Assembly (NCBI RefSeq): GCF_004010195.1
Contig: NC_057711.1
Coordinates: 73,227,972 to 73,273,781, forward strand
DNA from: Chiloscyllium plagiosum
Taxonomy: Eukaryota
DNA: 45,810 bases
Direction of reading: 5' to 3'
Shown: positions 1-13,142 of the stretch, piece by piece
Numbering within the stretch: position 1 is the stretch's first letter
Layout: every line of letters begins with the position of its first letter
Notes under the pieces: model-generated
Told to the model about the DNA's origin: nothing
Seen by the model: the letters and a program-made list of their open reading frames with translations, nothing else
The model's database searches: none
Translations under genes and position numbers: made by a program

Positions 1-229
1 TAAACTGTCTGTAAATGTTTTATATTCCAGACTACCACAGAGTACAATCTTCGGGATGAACCAAGAGAGGCTTCCAGGTCCAGTCCATTAAGGATTTCCT
101 GAGCCGTCTCGAACAGGTACTTTAACAGACATAAAGCAAAAAACTACAGGCCAGTTAGCTGAACATTATTTGTAGTGAAAATGTTAGAAGGTATTTTTAA
201 AGAATTTTTAACATGGCACTTGAATAAAT

Positions 230-1800
230 TCAAAGCAATCTGGCAAAGTTTTTGATAAAAGTTTCATTAATGATGTTTGACCAATCTAATGCAATTCATT
301 GAGGGGGTAATGTGCTGTGGACAAAGGGGAACCAGTGTATATTCTGTATTTAGACTTCCAGAAGGCATTTGACAAGGTGCCACATCATAGGTTATTGCAG
401 AATATAAAAATTAATATGGAAGGGAGCATATTGATATGGATAGAAGATCAGCTGGCTAATAGGAAACAGAGTTGATGTAAATAAACTTTTTCAGGTTGGC
501 ATGATGTGATGAGAGGTGTGCCATAGAAATTGGTGCTGGGATTCCAACTGTTATTAATTTATATAAATGGCTTAGTTGAAGAAATGGAAGGTATGGTTGC
601 CAAAGTTGCTGACAATGCAAAGATAGGTAGGAAAGTAGGTTATGAAGTGGATAAAAGATGGTTAAAAAAAGGTATTGGTAGGTTAAGTGAGTGAACAATG
701 TAGTGGCAAATAGAATATAATGTGGGAAAGCAAAGTCGTCCAGTTTGTTAGGAGGAATAAAAAAGAAGCATATTACCTGACGCGTGAGAGATTGTAGAGC
801 TGTAGAATAAGATCATATGAAATAGGAACAGGAGGAGGCCTTTTGGTCCCTCAAGCTTGCTCCATCATTCAATAGGATCATGGCTGATCCGAAACTCTTC
901 ACATCCATTTTTTTGTCCCTTCTCCATAAAGTTTGATTTCCCTAAGCTTACCTACAAGGGAAAACATCCTGTCAACATTTACCCTATAAGCCCCTTATGT
1001 TTCAGTGAGATCATCGCTCATTCTTCTAAATGCCAGTGAATAAAGTCCCAACCTATTCATTCTTTGCTCATAAAACAACCCCTCCATACCAGGGATCAAC
1101 CTGGTGAACCTTCTCTGAACTGCCTTCAATGAAATATATCTTTCCTTAAATAAAGGGACCAAAACTGCTCACAGTATTCCAGATGTGGTCTCACCAGCAC
1201 TTGGTATAGCAAGACTTCCCTACCTTTATACACCAACCCCCTTGAAGAATTTGATTGCCTGTGTAAATGAGTTACAAATGATTATGCAGGTAACAAGGAG
1301 AAAGTGAGGACTGCAGATGCTGGAGATCAGAGTTGAGAATGTAGTGCTGGAAAAGCACAGCAGGTCAGGTAGCATCCGAGGAGCAGGAGAATCAATGTTT
1401 CGGCATGAGCCCTTCAGCAGGAACTATGCAGGTACAGCAAGTAATTTGGATAGGTATTTGAATGTCATTATTTATCATGAGGGGAACTGATTACAAAAGT
1501 CAGGAGTTTAAAAAAGAAAGAGGCAACTTTATTGAAACATATAAAATGCCAAAGGGTCTTGACAGGCCGATGTGGATAAAATGTTCCTCTTATGTTTATG
1601 GGATAATCTAGAACCAGGGGGTCACTATTTAAAAATCACTCATTTAAACATTTTTTTTCTCTCGATATGTCTTTGAAACTGTCTCATTAGAAAAGTGGTG
1701 GAAGCAAAATCCTTTCCTTTTATTTCTTTTAAGGCAGAGGTAGATAGATTCTTGTTAAACAACAGATTTAAAGGTTATTACGGATAGGCAGGAATCTGGA
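230..1800 (+). mobile_element. Degenerate CR1 RT/3' region, interrupted by a minus-strand CR1 (about 805-1250) and a short Penelope-terminus insert
   Basis: gacttccagaaggcatttgacaaggtgcc (DFQKAFDKV) and attgaaacatataaaat (IETYK) motifs; many stops. Confidence 0.8.
1293..1424 (-). mobile_element. Short Penelope-terminus insertion, family A (decayed hammerhead motif)
   Basis: Reverse complement of 29172-29295; TSD tatgcaggta at 1283-92 and 1425-34. Confidence 0.75.
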
Positions 1801-1802
1801 TT

Positions 1803-2469
1803 TGTGACTATGCTGTGGCTTTAAGAGGTGTATTTTGACTTGTTTTTTGTTTGAACAGAGGTTTTAAGGCAGAAGTAATGAGCTGGCTAGTGAGGCCAAT
1901 AAGTTAAACAGTTTGGGAGGCTTTGGGTATTTATTTTAAGTTGGAACAATAGAAGCAGCCTGAGTGGGTGTGGTCCAGCTCTTACAGATCAGGATTTCCA
2001 GGGTTTGTTTTATATAAGTTTAGCTTTAAGCAATTGCTGTTAGAGTCTCAACAGGGTTGGAAGCTGCAGTAAATGTTTCCTGGCTGCTCCTCTAAGTTTT
2101 TGCTTGATATTCTTTTTCTCTCTCTGCTGCTGGACTGCATGTGCGAAAATTTGATTTCTGAACCTGCCTTTTTACCAATAGGTGTGTTTACAGAATGTTA
2201 CTATATTGTAACAGTTAATTAGTTAGTAATAGTTACTGTATCTATTATTCTGTTAAGTTTTTCGATATGTTATTGTAAGTTCTTCTTTCTTTTGTTGTCT
2301 TTGAATAAATAACGTTTGAATAAATTACATCTTGCTTAACACCAAGTAGTTTGACCAGCTGAGTTGCATCTGGAACATAGCACTTTACACTCACCTTTAA
2401 AAACAAGAAAAGTAGGGTCTAGGCTATCTTCTTAAAATATTTTGAGGGGATCTGGCCTGGCCCATAACA
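1803..2469. mobile_element. Probable solo LTR inserted in a CR1 3' tail
   Basis: TG...CA termini (tgtgac...cataaca), AATAAA at about 2304 and 2319, flanks gatt/gata. The CR1 tail sequence resumes after 2470. Confidence 0.55.
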
Positions 2470-2693
2470 GATAGATTACGATCAGATCAGTCATAATTTT
2501 AACGAATGACAGAATGGGGTCATGGGTGGCGTATGTTTGCTTCTGATTCATATGTTTGAATGTTTTCTTGAGGATTTTCATTGCCCTCCCATAGAAAGTT
2601 GGCCATTTAAAAGCTGAGAGAAGAGGACCTAGCAGGAGAGATCATTTTCAGCCATATAGACAGTGTCTAGACCACCAAGGTTGACTTCAAGAA

Positions 2694-3010
2694 GGCCACG
2701 GTGGCACAGTGGTTAGCACTGCTGCCTCACAGCGCCAGAGACCCGGGTTCAATTCCCGCCTCAGGCGACTGACTGTGTGGAGTTTGCACGTTCTCCCCGT
2801 GTCTGCGTGGGTTTCCTCCGGGTGCTCCGGTTTCCTCCCACAGTCCAAAGATGTGCAGGTAAGGTGAATTGGCCATGCTAAATTGCCCGTAGTGTTAGGT
2901 AAGGGGTAAATGTAGGGGTATGGGTGGGTTGCGCTTCGGCGGGTCGGTGTAGACTAGTTGGGCCGAAGGGCCTGTTTCCACACTGTAATGTATTGTAATC
3001 TAATCTAATC
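2694..3010 (+). mobile_element. tRNA-derived SINE (HE1/V-SINE type)
   Basis: A box gtggcacagtgg, B box ggttcaattcc, V-domain (tgtgtggagtttgcacgttctccccgtgtctgcgtgggtttcctccgggtgctccggtttcctccc), CR1-like 3' end and (TAATC)n tail. Confidence 0.92.
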
Positions 3011-3099
3011 ACAACCCCTTCATAATGTTTTTAACTCATCAATGAGGAGCTGGTGGGAGTACTCAGGGAAATATAAATGCAAGATCAATGGAAGAAATA

Positions 3100-4320
3100 T
3101 TGAGCTTGTAGGACAGAATTGTGTTTGAAGTAAAAGTAAATGGTGTCGTTCAATAAGGACAGACGGCTTATAAATGGAACTAGCAGATTAATGACCTAGG
3201 TGACCTCGACGAGAAAGAGAAAAAATAATGGTTCGATGTGGTAGTCATTGTGGAGATGTGGTTACCATGCTTGAGGATAACTATTTTGGGATACTTCACT
3301 TTTAAAAGAGATAGCTAAATTGGAGAAGAGAAGGTGTAGTCCTTATTATAATGAATAGAATAAATACAATAAACAGAAATTATTTTGGTTCAAAAAAATC
3401 CAACATATATACTCACATTCGATGAAGCTAAGGAGAAACGAATGTCAATATGCACTGTTGGGATGACTTTAAAGGCACATAATTTTAAGTGTAACGTTGA
3501 ACAGAGTATGAAACAGGAAAACAGAGGTAAATGTAACAAGAGTAACACAGCAATTTTGAATGACTTAAATCTTCATTTGGACTAGATAAAACAAATTTGT
3601 AATGGTAGTGTGGAGGAAAGGTTCCTGGAATACACTAAAGGTAATTTTCTAAATCAATATGTCATTCAAGGAGTATGGGATCAGTCTATTTTAGATCTAG
3701 TACTGTGCAAAGATTGAAGGTGAACAATAAGCTTTTTAGTAAAGGAGCCTTTAAAAATAATGTATACAGTATGATAGATTTTATATTGGCTTTCTTGACA
3801 ATTTACTGAAGCATGGAATTTTATCAAAGTAAACCATGTTGGTGTGAAGGACAAGTTGGCTCATGTAGATTGTGAAACTGGATTAAAAAGAGATATTGGG
3901 CAGATAGGCAAAGTGGACATTTAGAGAATTAATATACATTCCTCCAGGAATAAAATCCTGTTAGAAAGAGTTATTCAATTGTGGCTAAAAAAATAAACTA
4001 AAGATAACATTAGATTCAAAGAAGATGGCTTAGACATTGTCAAAAAACCTGAGGATTGGGACAATTTTAAAATTTAGCAAAGTACGACAAGGAAATGACA
4101 TAAGAAACAATGAGAGTTATTTATTTATTGTTACATATGTCTAGAATGAATCAGTGGAAGGTGCTTTATTGCCACAATTTGGCACCATTTTGAGTTACAA
4201 AAAGAATAACAAGAAAATACCTGAATAGAGTTCATCCTCCATACAAGGGGGTCTTCGAACACAGCTGATTCTGCAATGCCATGAGAGTAAACTAGCTAGG
4301 AATGTAAAAACAGATTATAC
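3100..4320 (+). mobile_element. Old CR1 ORF2 endonuclease-region remnant
   Basis: Degenerate LDLVLC (ttagatctagtactgtgc) and KLARNVKTD motifs. Confidence 0.55.
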
Positions 4321-4984
4321 TATGAATCCTCCCTTAAAATTGTTGTAGTATTTCTATAAAACACAACTTTAACATAAGCACGATTTCCCACATGACTTAA
4401 CGTTAGAGCCGGAGTTAGTTTCCAAAGGACATTCCCTGTCTGCAACTTCTTCTGAAATGCAAAGTGGGTGGCATTTATTATATCACAAATCGTAAATCAC
4501 AACCCAACAAATGCTACAAGGCCAATGAAAAACATTAGAGCTTCACCTCAACAATAAAAATGAAAGGGAAGAGAGTTAATGTGAAGAATGTTGTAATGGC
4601 TGTCTGAATTGGTGTTGTGCTGCTTTTGTCTCTTATTCTGGGCTCTTTTCTGCTCTACATCATAATATAGTTACTGAAAATCCAGGAGATGGGAAAAATG
4701 GGAAATCTGAGTTTCTCTAATGACAATTGTTTCACTCAGAGAATCAGTGCCTGCATTGTGCAAAGGCACCAACAGTCACCTCCACTCCATTGGTTACTGT
4801 GTATGTTTTTGCCTTGTCTTGGTCCTGCCACTCAACGGTGAGAATTTCCTCTTCCTCTTACCAAACTCAACTTACTCTTCTCCTTGGGATCAGAACAAAT
4901 GGACTCCATTAGGAATTACTTAAGCAAGTAAGTGCAGTTCAGTCCCCTTGCAAACCAGCAGAACAAAAGACAGAGAATGTCAGG

Positions 4985-5340
4985 ATAGCATGGATAGGGT
5001 AAATAGACAAGGCCCTTTCCCCAGAGTGGGGGAGTACAAAACTATAGGGCATTGGTTTAAGAGAAAGGGGTAATATTTGCAACAGACCTAAGGGGCAACT
5101 TTTTCATGCAGAGGATGGTGCGTGTATTGAATGAGTTGCCAGAGTAAATGGTGGAGACAGGTACAAATACAACATTTAAAAGGCATCTGGATGGGTATAT
5201 GAATAGAAAGCATTTAGAGGGATATGGACCAAATGCTGGTAAATGGGACTAGGCTTATTTAGGATATCTGGTCAGCATGGATGAGTTGGACCAAAGGGTC
5301 TGTTTCCATTCTGTACATCTCTATGACTCCATGATTCTAT
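4985..5340 (+). mobile_element. CR1 3' end
   Basis: Close match to 7345-7695. Confidence 0.85.
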
Positions 5341-6519
5341 ATGCTGATCTGTAATAATGATGCACGTATTGTGGGTAAATCACCAGAAGTTACCTTTAAT
5401 TTGGCTACTTCTTAAGAAGTCTCATAAACAAGTACTGAAACAATGATTTAAACTTTATCGTATATAGCAACCAAAATAAGACCCCTCAAGTTAAATCTCA
5501 AAGCTCAACTTGTCTATCACTCGATTAATGATGGAATTTAACTATGATTCCAACTAAGTGTCTGTCTCTGGATGTGTCCAGGGTTCAACCCTTATGCAGT
5601 GTTGTTCTGCTGCTGAATTGTTTGGTGTTGGACTTTTGTCCCTTAGGTCCATAATGTGATATTGATTACGATTCTTTAGATTCTTTCATCCAAATTACTG
5701 CAAATCTGCAACGTGCCTTCTTATCAGAAGTAAATTCTTTGTACCTTGTTACACTTGGCATTGACTGTATGAAAACACAGCTTTTCTGTGATTAACTCCT
5801 TGACTTCTTCTGCAGGGTAATCATTTGGCCATGTGACTTAATGCAGTCACTATCAAGCAGATGTCAAAAGAGTTTTATTCATGTAGCTTTGATTCCTTCT
5901 TTTCCCAGACATGGCTAATTGCTTTCAATTTCGGTATAAGTTTGTCTTTGTCTCTTAATAGTTCATTCCAGACAGAGTTATTGCTACTGCTTTCATGTGT
6001 AACAGTCTATCTTTGTTGATTCTTTCAATCCATGAACAGTTGTTCAAATTCTGAAGTTTGTACTATCACACATGATACTGATGCACAACTCCAGCATTAA
6101 TGGGGAACACTTTCATGAATGGACTGGAGTTATTTTTCAATAATTAATCATTTTGACTTGATAAATTAAGTGAGGAATTATATATTATTTAATAGTCTAT
6201 GGTCGGAGAACATATTTGATGAAAAAAGTCATTGTTCAAAAGTAAGATAATTGTTCATGGTTTTATTGTTGTTTGACAGCTCAGGCTAACATACACTTAG
6301 AATAACATGCATGGTATATGTTTAGAGGCAAAGGGCTTTTTCTCAAAGACAATGATGTTTTAAAATAGCTAAGTCAGGTAACAAAGTGTGTAACATGCCT
6401 GTTGAGTATTTATGTTTGTGTGTGCAATTATGTATACATATATAGTGCGTGCATTAGTTTGGAATTAGTTTCTGTAGCGGGCTTTGTCATCTTGCAGTTG
6501 CTTTGATATGATAGCGGTG

Positions 6520-7695
6520 GATGTTTATGAACTTCAGTAAGGTAGTCGACAAGGTTTCTCATGGTAGACTGGTTAGCAAGTTAGGTCACATGGAATACAG
6601 GGAGAACTAGCCATTTGGATACAAAACTGGATCAAAAGGTAGAAGACAGAGGGTGGTGATAGAGGATTGTTTTTCAGACTGAGGCCTGTGACCAGCAGTG
6701 TGCCACAAGGATCGGTCCACTGCTGTTCATCATTTATATAAATAATTTGGATGTGAACATAGGAGATATGGTTTCCAAGTTTGACACCAAAATTGGAGGT
6801 GTAGTGGACAGCGAAGAAGGTTACTTCAGAGTACAATTGGATCTTGATCAAATGGGCCAATGGGCCAAAGAGTAGCAGATGGATTTTAATTTAGATAAAT
6901 GCGAGGTGCTATTTTTTGGAAAGGCAAATCAACGCAGGACTTAAACTCTTCATGGCAAGGTCATGGGAAGTGTTGCTGAACTATGAGATCTTGAAGTGCA
7001 GGTTCATAGTTGCTTGAAAGTGGAGTCGCAGGTAGATAGGATAGTGAAGAAGTTGTTTGGTATGCTTGCCTTTTTTGGTCAGTGCGTTGAGTATAGGAGT
7101 TGGGAGGTGATGTTGCAGCTGTACAGGACATTGGTTATGCCGATTTTGGAATACTGCGTGCAATTCTGGTCTCCCTGCTATAGGAAGGATGTTATCAAAC
7201 TTGAAAGGTTGGGAAAAGATTTACAAGGATGTTGTCAGGTTTGGAGGGTTTGAGCTATAGGGAGATGCTGAACAGGCTGGGGCTGTTTTCCTGGAGCGTT
7301 TGAAGCTGAGGGGTGACTTTATAGAGGTTTATAAAATCATGAGGGGCCTGGATAGGGTAAATAGACAAGATCTTTTCCCTGAGGTAGGGGAGTCCAAAAC
7401 TACAGGGCATAGGTTTAAGGTGAGAGAGGTAAGATTTAAAAGGGATCTAAGGGGCAACTTCTTCATGCAGAGGGTGGTGCATGAATGGAATGAACTGCCA
7501 GAAAAAAAAGTGGTAGAGGCTGGTACAATTGCAACACTTAAAAGGCATCTGGATGGGTATATGAATTGGAAGGGTTTAGAGGGATGTGGGCCAATTACTG
7601 CCAAATGGGACTAGATTTATTTAGGATAACTGGTCGGCATGGATGAGTTGGACTGAAGGGTCTGTTTCCATGGTGTACACCTCCATGACTCTATT
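6520..7695 (+). mobile_element. CR1 LINE 3' 1.2 kb
   Basis: LQLYRTLV-P-LEYCVQFWSP and RGDFIEVYKIMRG...GNFFMQRVV motifs, followed by the 3'UTR. Confidence 0.92.
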
Positions 7696-7895
7696 TAGCT
7701 GTGCCATTTATTTCAAATGGAATGATGGTTAATCACTAAGAGGTGATAAAATCTAAGCAGATGCATAAATTGTTCATTGATTCCAACATATCTTGGTAAA
7801 GATCTATGGAGCTTGTAAACTAAGAAGGACAAGCTGTATTAAAAGAAATTATCTTGCAAACTAATTGACGTGAAACAACGAATCATAGGACCGTA

Positions 7896-8027
7896 GTCAT
7901 GATTTGGAGACACCGATATTGGACTGGGGTATACAAAATTAAAAGTCATACAACATCAGGTTATAGTCCAACAATGCTTCCAAATAAACCTGTTGGACGA
8001 TAAGCTGGTGTTGTGTGATTTTTACCT
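7896..8027. mobile_element. Penelope-terminus remnant (same family as 12590-12649), inverted pair
   Basis: gcttccaaataaacctgttggac...ggtgttgtgtgattttta matches 12597-12645; TSD tcataggacc(g/a)ta at 7883-95 and 8028-40. Confidence 0.75.
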
Positions 8028-8689
8028 TCATAGGACCATAAGAGGTGATACTAGTAAGTTGACCAATGCTTTGAAATACATCAATCAGGAATAAGGTAGA
8101 TACTACCTAGCCAATTCAACACTGACCATGAGCTGTTCATGTAATAATAAGCCAATTAGAATTGAGAATGCCTCAGATCATGTATACGGCTAAGTGTGGA
8201 GCCAGGGTTAGGTCTGCATTTTAATTGTTCAATGCATAAAGAAGGTCAAATTCAGAAGAACTACTTCAGTTAACAGAACATAACGAGAAGCCTGTGCCCA
8301 ATTACCAGTGTCACAAACTGGCATTCTAAAGTCGATCAAGTATAAACTCACTGCTTTTATTTACTATTGTCTCTTATGTGCTTGTTATAAGAAATTTAAT
8401 AAGTTCTTTAAAACTTATGAAAACATATTTGTACTTGGAATAGAACTAATTAGTTCTTTCAAACTGAGTTTGAGAAAGTCAGTAAATTGTAATTGACTAA
8501 GATCTTACAATTTAAGTTAAAGTGCATCCCAAAGTCTTACAGCAACAGAACACACAAATGATCACAAAATGAAAATGGCAATGCAGAAGTAAAAAATGGC
8601 CAAATGAACAACATTAAAACAAAAAAGATATTAAGCAGGATGACTTACACTGGGGACTTGATTTAAAAGCTTCTGTAAGTATGTAAAAA

Positions 8690-9095
8690 GTAAGAGACCA
8701 AGAAAAGACAGATGGAATATTTTGTGACAAATGTGTAATAACTTACTTTGGCTGGAAAAATGGAGAAAGCAGACTTTAAAAAGCTGAGAAACTGTTGAAA
8801 GCTAATAATATTCTGTGGGACCAGTATGTCCTTTTTCAAAAGTCATAGCAAGTTAACATGGAGGGACAATAAGCTATTAGGAAAGCAAATGAAAATATGA
8901 CAATGCCTTTATTGTAAGGGATTGGAGTTTAAAAGCAGAAAAGCCTTACTGCAATTGTATAGGACCTCAATGGGTCCACATGTGTATTAATGTGCAGTGT
9001 TGGTTTCCTTATTCAAGGAAGCACAGATTTGCCTTAGAGGGAGTGCAACATATGTTAATTAGACTGATTCTGGTATGAGGAGATTGTCCTCAGTG
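8690..9095 (+). mobile_element. Old CR1 fragment
   Basis: Degenerate RGLEFKS...LLQLYRT...VQCWFPYSRK pattern. Confidence 0.6.
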
Positions 9096-9097
9096 TA

Positions 9098-9670
9098 ATA
9101 AGACCATAAGACCATTCGGCCCATCAAGTCCACTCTGCCATCAATCATGGCTGATGGGCATTTCAACGTCACTTTTCCACACTCTCCCCATATCCCTTAA
9201 TTCCTTGCGAGATTAGGAATTTATCAATCTCTGCCTTGAAGACATTTAACATCCCGGCCTCCATTGCGCTCCATGGCAGTGAATTCCACAGACCCACCAT
9301 TCTCTGACTGAAGAAATGTCTCATTTCCATTTTAAATTGACCCCCTCTAATTCTAAGGCTGCGCCCACGAGTCCTGGTATCCCTGCTTGATGGAAAAAAT
9401 TTCCCAGAGTCCACCCTTTCTAAGCCATGCATTATCTTGTAAGTTTCTATTAGATCTTCCTTCAACCTTCTGAGCTCTAATGAATACAATCCCAGAATCC
9501 TCAGCCGTTCATCGTATGGTAGGCCTACCATTCCAGGGATCATCCATGCGAGCCTCCACTGGACACGCTCCAGTGCCAGTATGTCCTTGCTGAGGTGAGG
9601 GGCCCAAAACTGAACACAGTATTCTAAATGGGGCCTAACCAGAGCTTTATAAAGTCTCAGTAGCACGCTG
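9098..9670 (-). mobile_element. Relatively young CR1 3' end
   Basis: Open 165-aa frame LLRLYKALVRPHLEYCVQFWAP...HFFSQRMVGLWNSLP; tail taagaccataagacc. Confidence 0.92.
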
Positions 9671-9778
9671 CTGCCAAAATATGTACCTGTAACTCCCGAG
9701 GTCAGTTTTTATATTTAAAAATTACCTTCCCATTGTGCCGATGGTCCATGCAGTCGCTCCTTCCACTCGCCACTGAAA

Positions 9779-9913
9779 CAATGTTAAAGGGTTAAACTGC
9801 ACTATCTTTCTCCAGAAGCTAAACATTTTGGAAGTGGGTGGAGATGACATTCAAGCAGGAATGTGGATGACTCCCATTTCCTTTGGGCAGCCATTTACTA
9901 CTACTCTCCTGCT
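9779..9913 (+). repeat. 5' LTR, left part
   Basis: aatgttaaagggttaaactgcactatctttctccagaagctaaacattttggaagtg... matches 16140-16278. Confidence 0.85.
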
Positions 9914-10495
9914 ATTCAAGGAAGAAATAGCAGGGCATCCAAAATAAATTGTCCCATGATACAGCATGGGTTCACGAAGAACAAGTCATGCTTCACAAAT
10001 CTTTTGGAATTCTATGAAGACATTTCAAGCAAGGTGGACAACAGGGACCCAGTGAATGTTATGTACCTAGATTTCCAAAAGCCCTTTGACAAGATGCTGT
10101 ACATGAGGCTACTGCATAAGATAAAGATGCATGGTGTTAGCGTTAGAGTATTAGCATGGATGGAGGATTGGCTGACTGACAGGAAGCAAAGAGTGAGGAT
10201 AAATGAGTGCTATTCTGGCTGGCAATCAGTGACTAGTGGTGTGCATCAGGGATCAGTGCTGTGACCACAATTATTTACAATTGATATAGATGATTTGGAG
10301 TTGGGGACCACATGTATGGTGTCAAAATCTGCCAATGACACGAAGATGAGTAGCAGAGCAAAGTGTGCAGAGGACTGTAAAACTTTGCAGAGGAACATAG
10401 ATACGTTGAGTGAGTGGGCAAGGTCTGCCAGATGGAATACAATGTTAGTAAATGTGAAGTCATATATTTTGGTAGGAGTAACAGCAAAATACATT
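9914..10495 (+). mobile_element. CR1 LINE RT fragment inserted in the 5' LTR (part 1)
   Basis: QHGFTKNKSCFTNLLEFYED...MYLDFQKPFDK...VTSGVHQGSVL are CR1 RT motifs. Confidence 0.9.
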
Positions 10496-10499
10496 ATTA

Positions 10500-12649
10500 T
10501 TTCAATTTATACCAAATGTTTACAGTGTGATGTAACTGAAATTATATAATGAATCAAATCTGGACTGTTTGTTAAATCTCTCTTCTTTTAAAATGAACAT
10601 GTTGGTTTGACTTCTTTCATATGTAAATCACAGTACTTTTTTAAAGTTAAACTGTGAGGTGCCCTGTGTGAAACTGTCTGTGCCATAATGTTCAGACTGA
10701 TTCTAATCTAAAAAATGAATTTATAAAATCTTACATGGATTCGTGCAGTTTTTGAGCAAAATAAAATGTAATTCTGTAAGTACAGATTCACCCCACAAAC
10801 TTATATGTGTGTGTGTGTGTGTGTGTATGTGGTTGGGGGGGTGGGGGGGGTTATGGATGTCTGTAAGAAAGTGTGTGTGAGTGTAAAGGGTATACGTCTA
10901 TGAGAGGGAGCGTGTGAGTGTGGGAGTACATGTGTGAGGTAATGAAAGAGAGCTTGTGCATGAGATAGGGTCTGCGAGAGTGTATGGGTCTGCAGGAGTG
11001 TGTGTGTGTCTGTAGGAGTGTGTATGTGTGTGTGTGTCTGTATGTCTGTGTAGTGCAGTGGTGTCACCTGTAGTGTGACATGAACCCAAGGTCCTGGTTG
11101 AGGCCATCCCCATGCATTTCCCATCAAGGATGGGCACCTCAGCACCTCAATCTACCACAAACAATCAGATTATCTCACAATGCTACACTTCTCCAACTTC
11201 CACCCAAAACATAATAAAACAGCCATCGCCTATGGACAAGCCCTATGCATACACAGGATCTATTCAGATGAGGAGGAACATGACAGGCACCTGGAAGTAC
11301 TCCAGGATGCCTTCATAAGAACAGGGTATGATGCTCGACTCATTGCCTGCCAGTTCTGACATGCCACAGTGAGAAACCGTAATGACCTTCTCGGGAGACA
11401 GACACGAGCTGATTGAAGGGTATCCTTCATTATCCAGTACTGATCAGGAGCTTAAAAACTCTGCCATGTTCTTTGCAGTCTGCAACACATTATCAATGAG
11501 GATGAGCACCTCACCAAGACCTTCCCCACACCTCCACTCCTCACCTTTAAACAACCACCAAACCTCAAACAGATCATTGTTCATATCAAACTGCCTGGCG
11601 TTCAGGACAACGCCAATACAACCTTGTCATAGTAAACGCTGCAAGATGTTTCAGACTGTCGACACGGATACCACCATTATGCGTGGGTACACCTCCCACC
11701 GTGTACAGGACAGGTACTCATGCGACTCAGCCAATGTTGTCTGTATCATATACTGCAGGCAAGGATGCCCTGAGGCATGGTACATTGGTTAGACCGAGCA
11801 GAGGCTATGGCAACAAATGAATGGACACCGCAGAACAATCAACAAACAGGAGAGTTCCCTCCCATTCAGAGAATACTGCAGCGGTCCGGGACATTCAACC
11901 TCGGACCTTCATGTGACCGTCCTTCAAGGCGGACTTCAGGACAGGCAACAACGCAAAGTGGCTGAGCAGAGGCTGATAGCCAAGTTCGATACCCATAGGG
12001 ATGGCCTCAAACGCGATCATAGGTTCATGTCACACTACAGGTGACCCCATTGCAGTACACACACACACATGCACCCTCTTGCAGACTTATACCCCTTTAC
12101 ACTCACACACACTTTCTCACAGACACTCATAACCTGCCTACGTGCGTGTGCACGCACACACACATACATACACCCACATATAAGTTTGTGGGTGAATTTG
12201 TATTGCAGAATTACATTTTATTTTGCTCAAAAACTGCATGAATCCATCCAAGATTCTGTAAATCCATTTGTTAGATTAGAATCAGTCTGAACATTACGGC
12301 ACAGACAGTATCACACAGTGCACCTCACACCTTCAACACATTATCTGGGTCGACATGACACCAATTGTTAAAAGTTCACTTGAGAATGTTAATTTTAAAA
12401 AGTTCTGCGATTTCCATATGAAAGAACTGAAACCAGCATGCTCATTCTAACAGATGAGAGACCTACAAACAATCCAGATATTTTTCAATATATAATTTCA
12501 TTTGCATCACACTGTAAACTTTTGCTATAAATTCTGTGTCTTATGATCTTATACTCCACCACCACCTGATGGAAGAGCAGCGCTCCAAAAGCCAACGCTT
12601 CCAAATAAACCTGTTGGACCATAGCTTGGTGTTGTGAGATTTTTAACTT
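10500..12649 (+). mobile_element. Penelope-like element (RT C-terminus + GIY-YIG endonuclease) with inverted terminal repeat
   Basis: The degenerate frame gives HLSTSIYHK...HFSNFHPKH (RT thumb) and SCDSANVVCIIYCRQGCPEAWYIG*T...MNGHRRTI...AEQRLIAKFDTHRDGL (GIY-YIG). 10508-11115 is the reverse complement of about 11990-12530, including the (CA/TG)n-rich tract. Confidence 0.9.
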
Positions 12650-13142
12650 ACTTAAGAAAAGATGCACTGGCACTGGAGGAGGTTCGATGGGTTGATTCCG
12701 AAGTTGATGGGCTTGCCTTATGAGGAGAGGCTGAGTAGACTGGGATTATGTTCATTGGAATTCAGAAGAATGAGGGGTGATCTTATTGAAACATATAAAA
12801 TTATGAAGGGAATTGATAAAATGGAAATAGATAGGATGTTTCCACTGGCAGGTGAAACTAGGACAAGAGGGCATGGCCTCAAGATCAGAGGAAGCAGATT
12901 TAGAACTGAACTGAGAAAGAACTTCTTCATCCAGAGGGCTGTTAATCTATGGAATTCCTTGCCCAGGGAAGTAATTGATACTACTTCAATAATCACTCTT
13001 AAAGCTAAGGTAGATACATTTTTGAAAAATAAAATGTGAAAACGTGGGAAGTGGAGCTGAGTCCACGAAAAGAGTAGCCATGATCTTATTGAATGGCGGA
13101 GCAAGCGTAAAGGGATGGTGGTCTACTTCTATTCCCAGTTCT
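12650..13142 (+). mobile_element. CR1 LINE 3' end (part 2 of the same insertion)
   Basis: GLPYEERLSRLGLCSLEFRRMRGDLIETYKIMKG...NFFIQRAVNLWNSLP followed by the CR1 3'UTR; the LTR resumes immediately afterwards. Confidence 0.9.

Noticed and set aside
2694..2770. tRNA gene
   Set aside because: The A/B boxes continue into a V-SINE body and tail; this is a SINE head (likewise 22320-22395).
5540..6120. Possible decayed coding sequence on the minus strand
   Set aside because: Multiple stops and no motif I could assign.
10801..11145. His/Thr-rich ORFs (also 12041-12290)
   Set aside because: Translations of (CA)n-rich tracts in the Penelope repeat.
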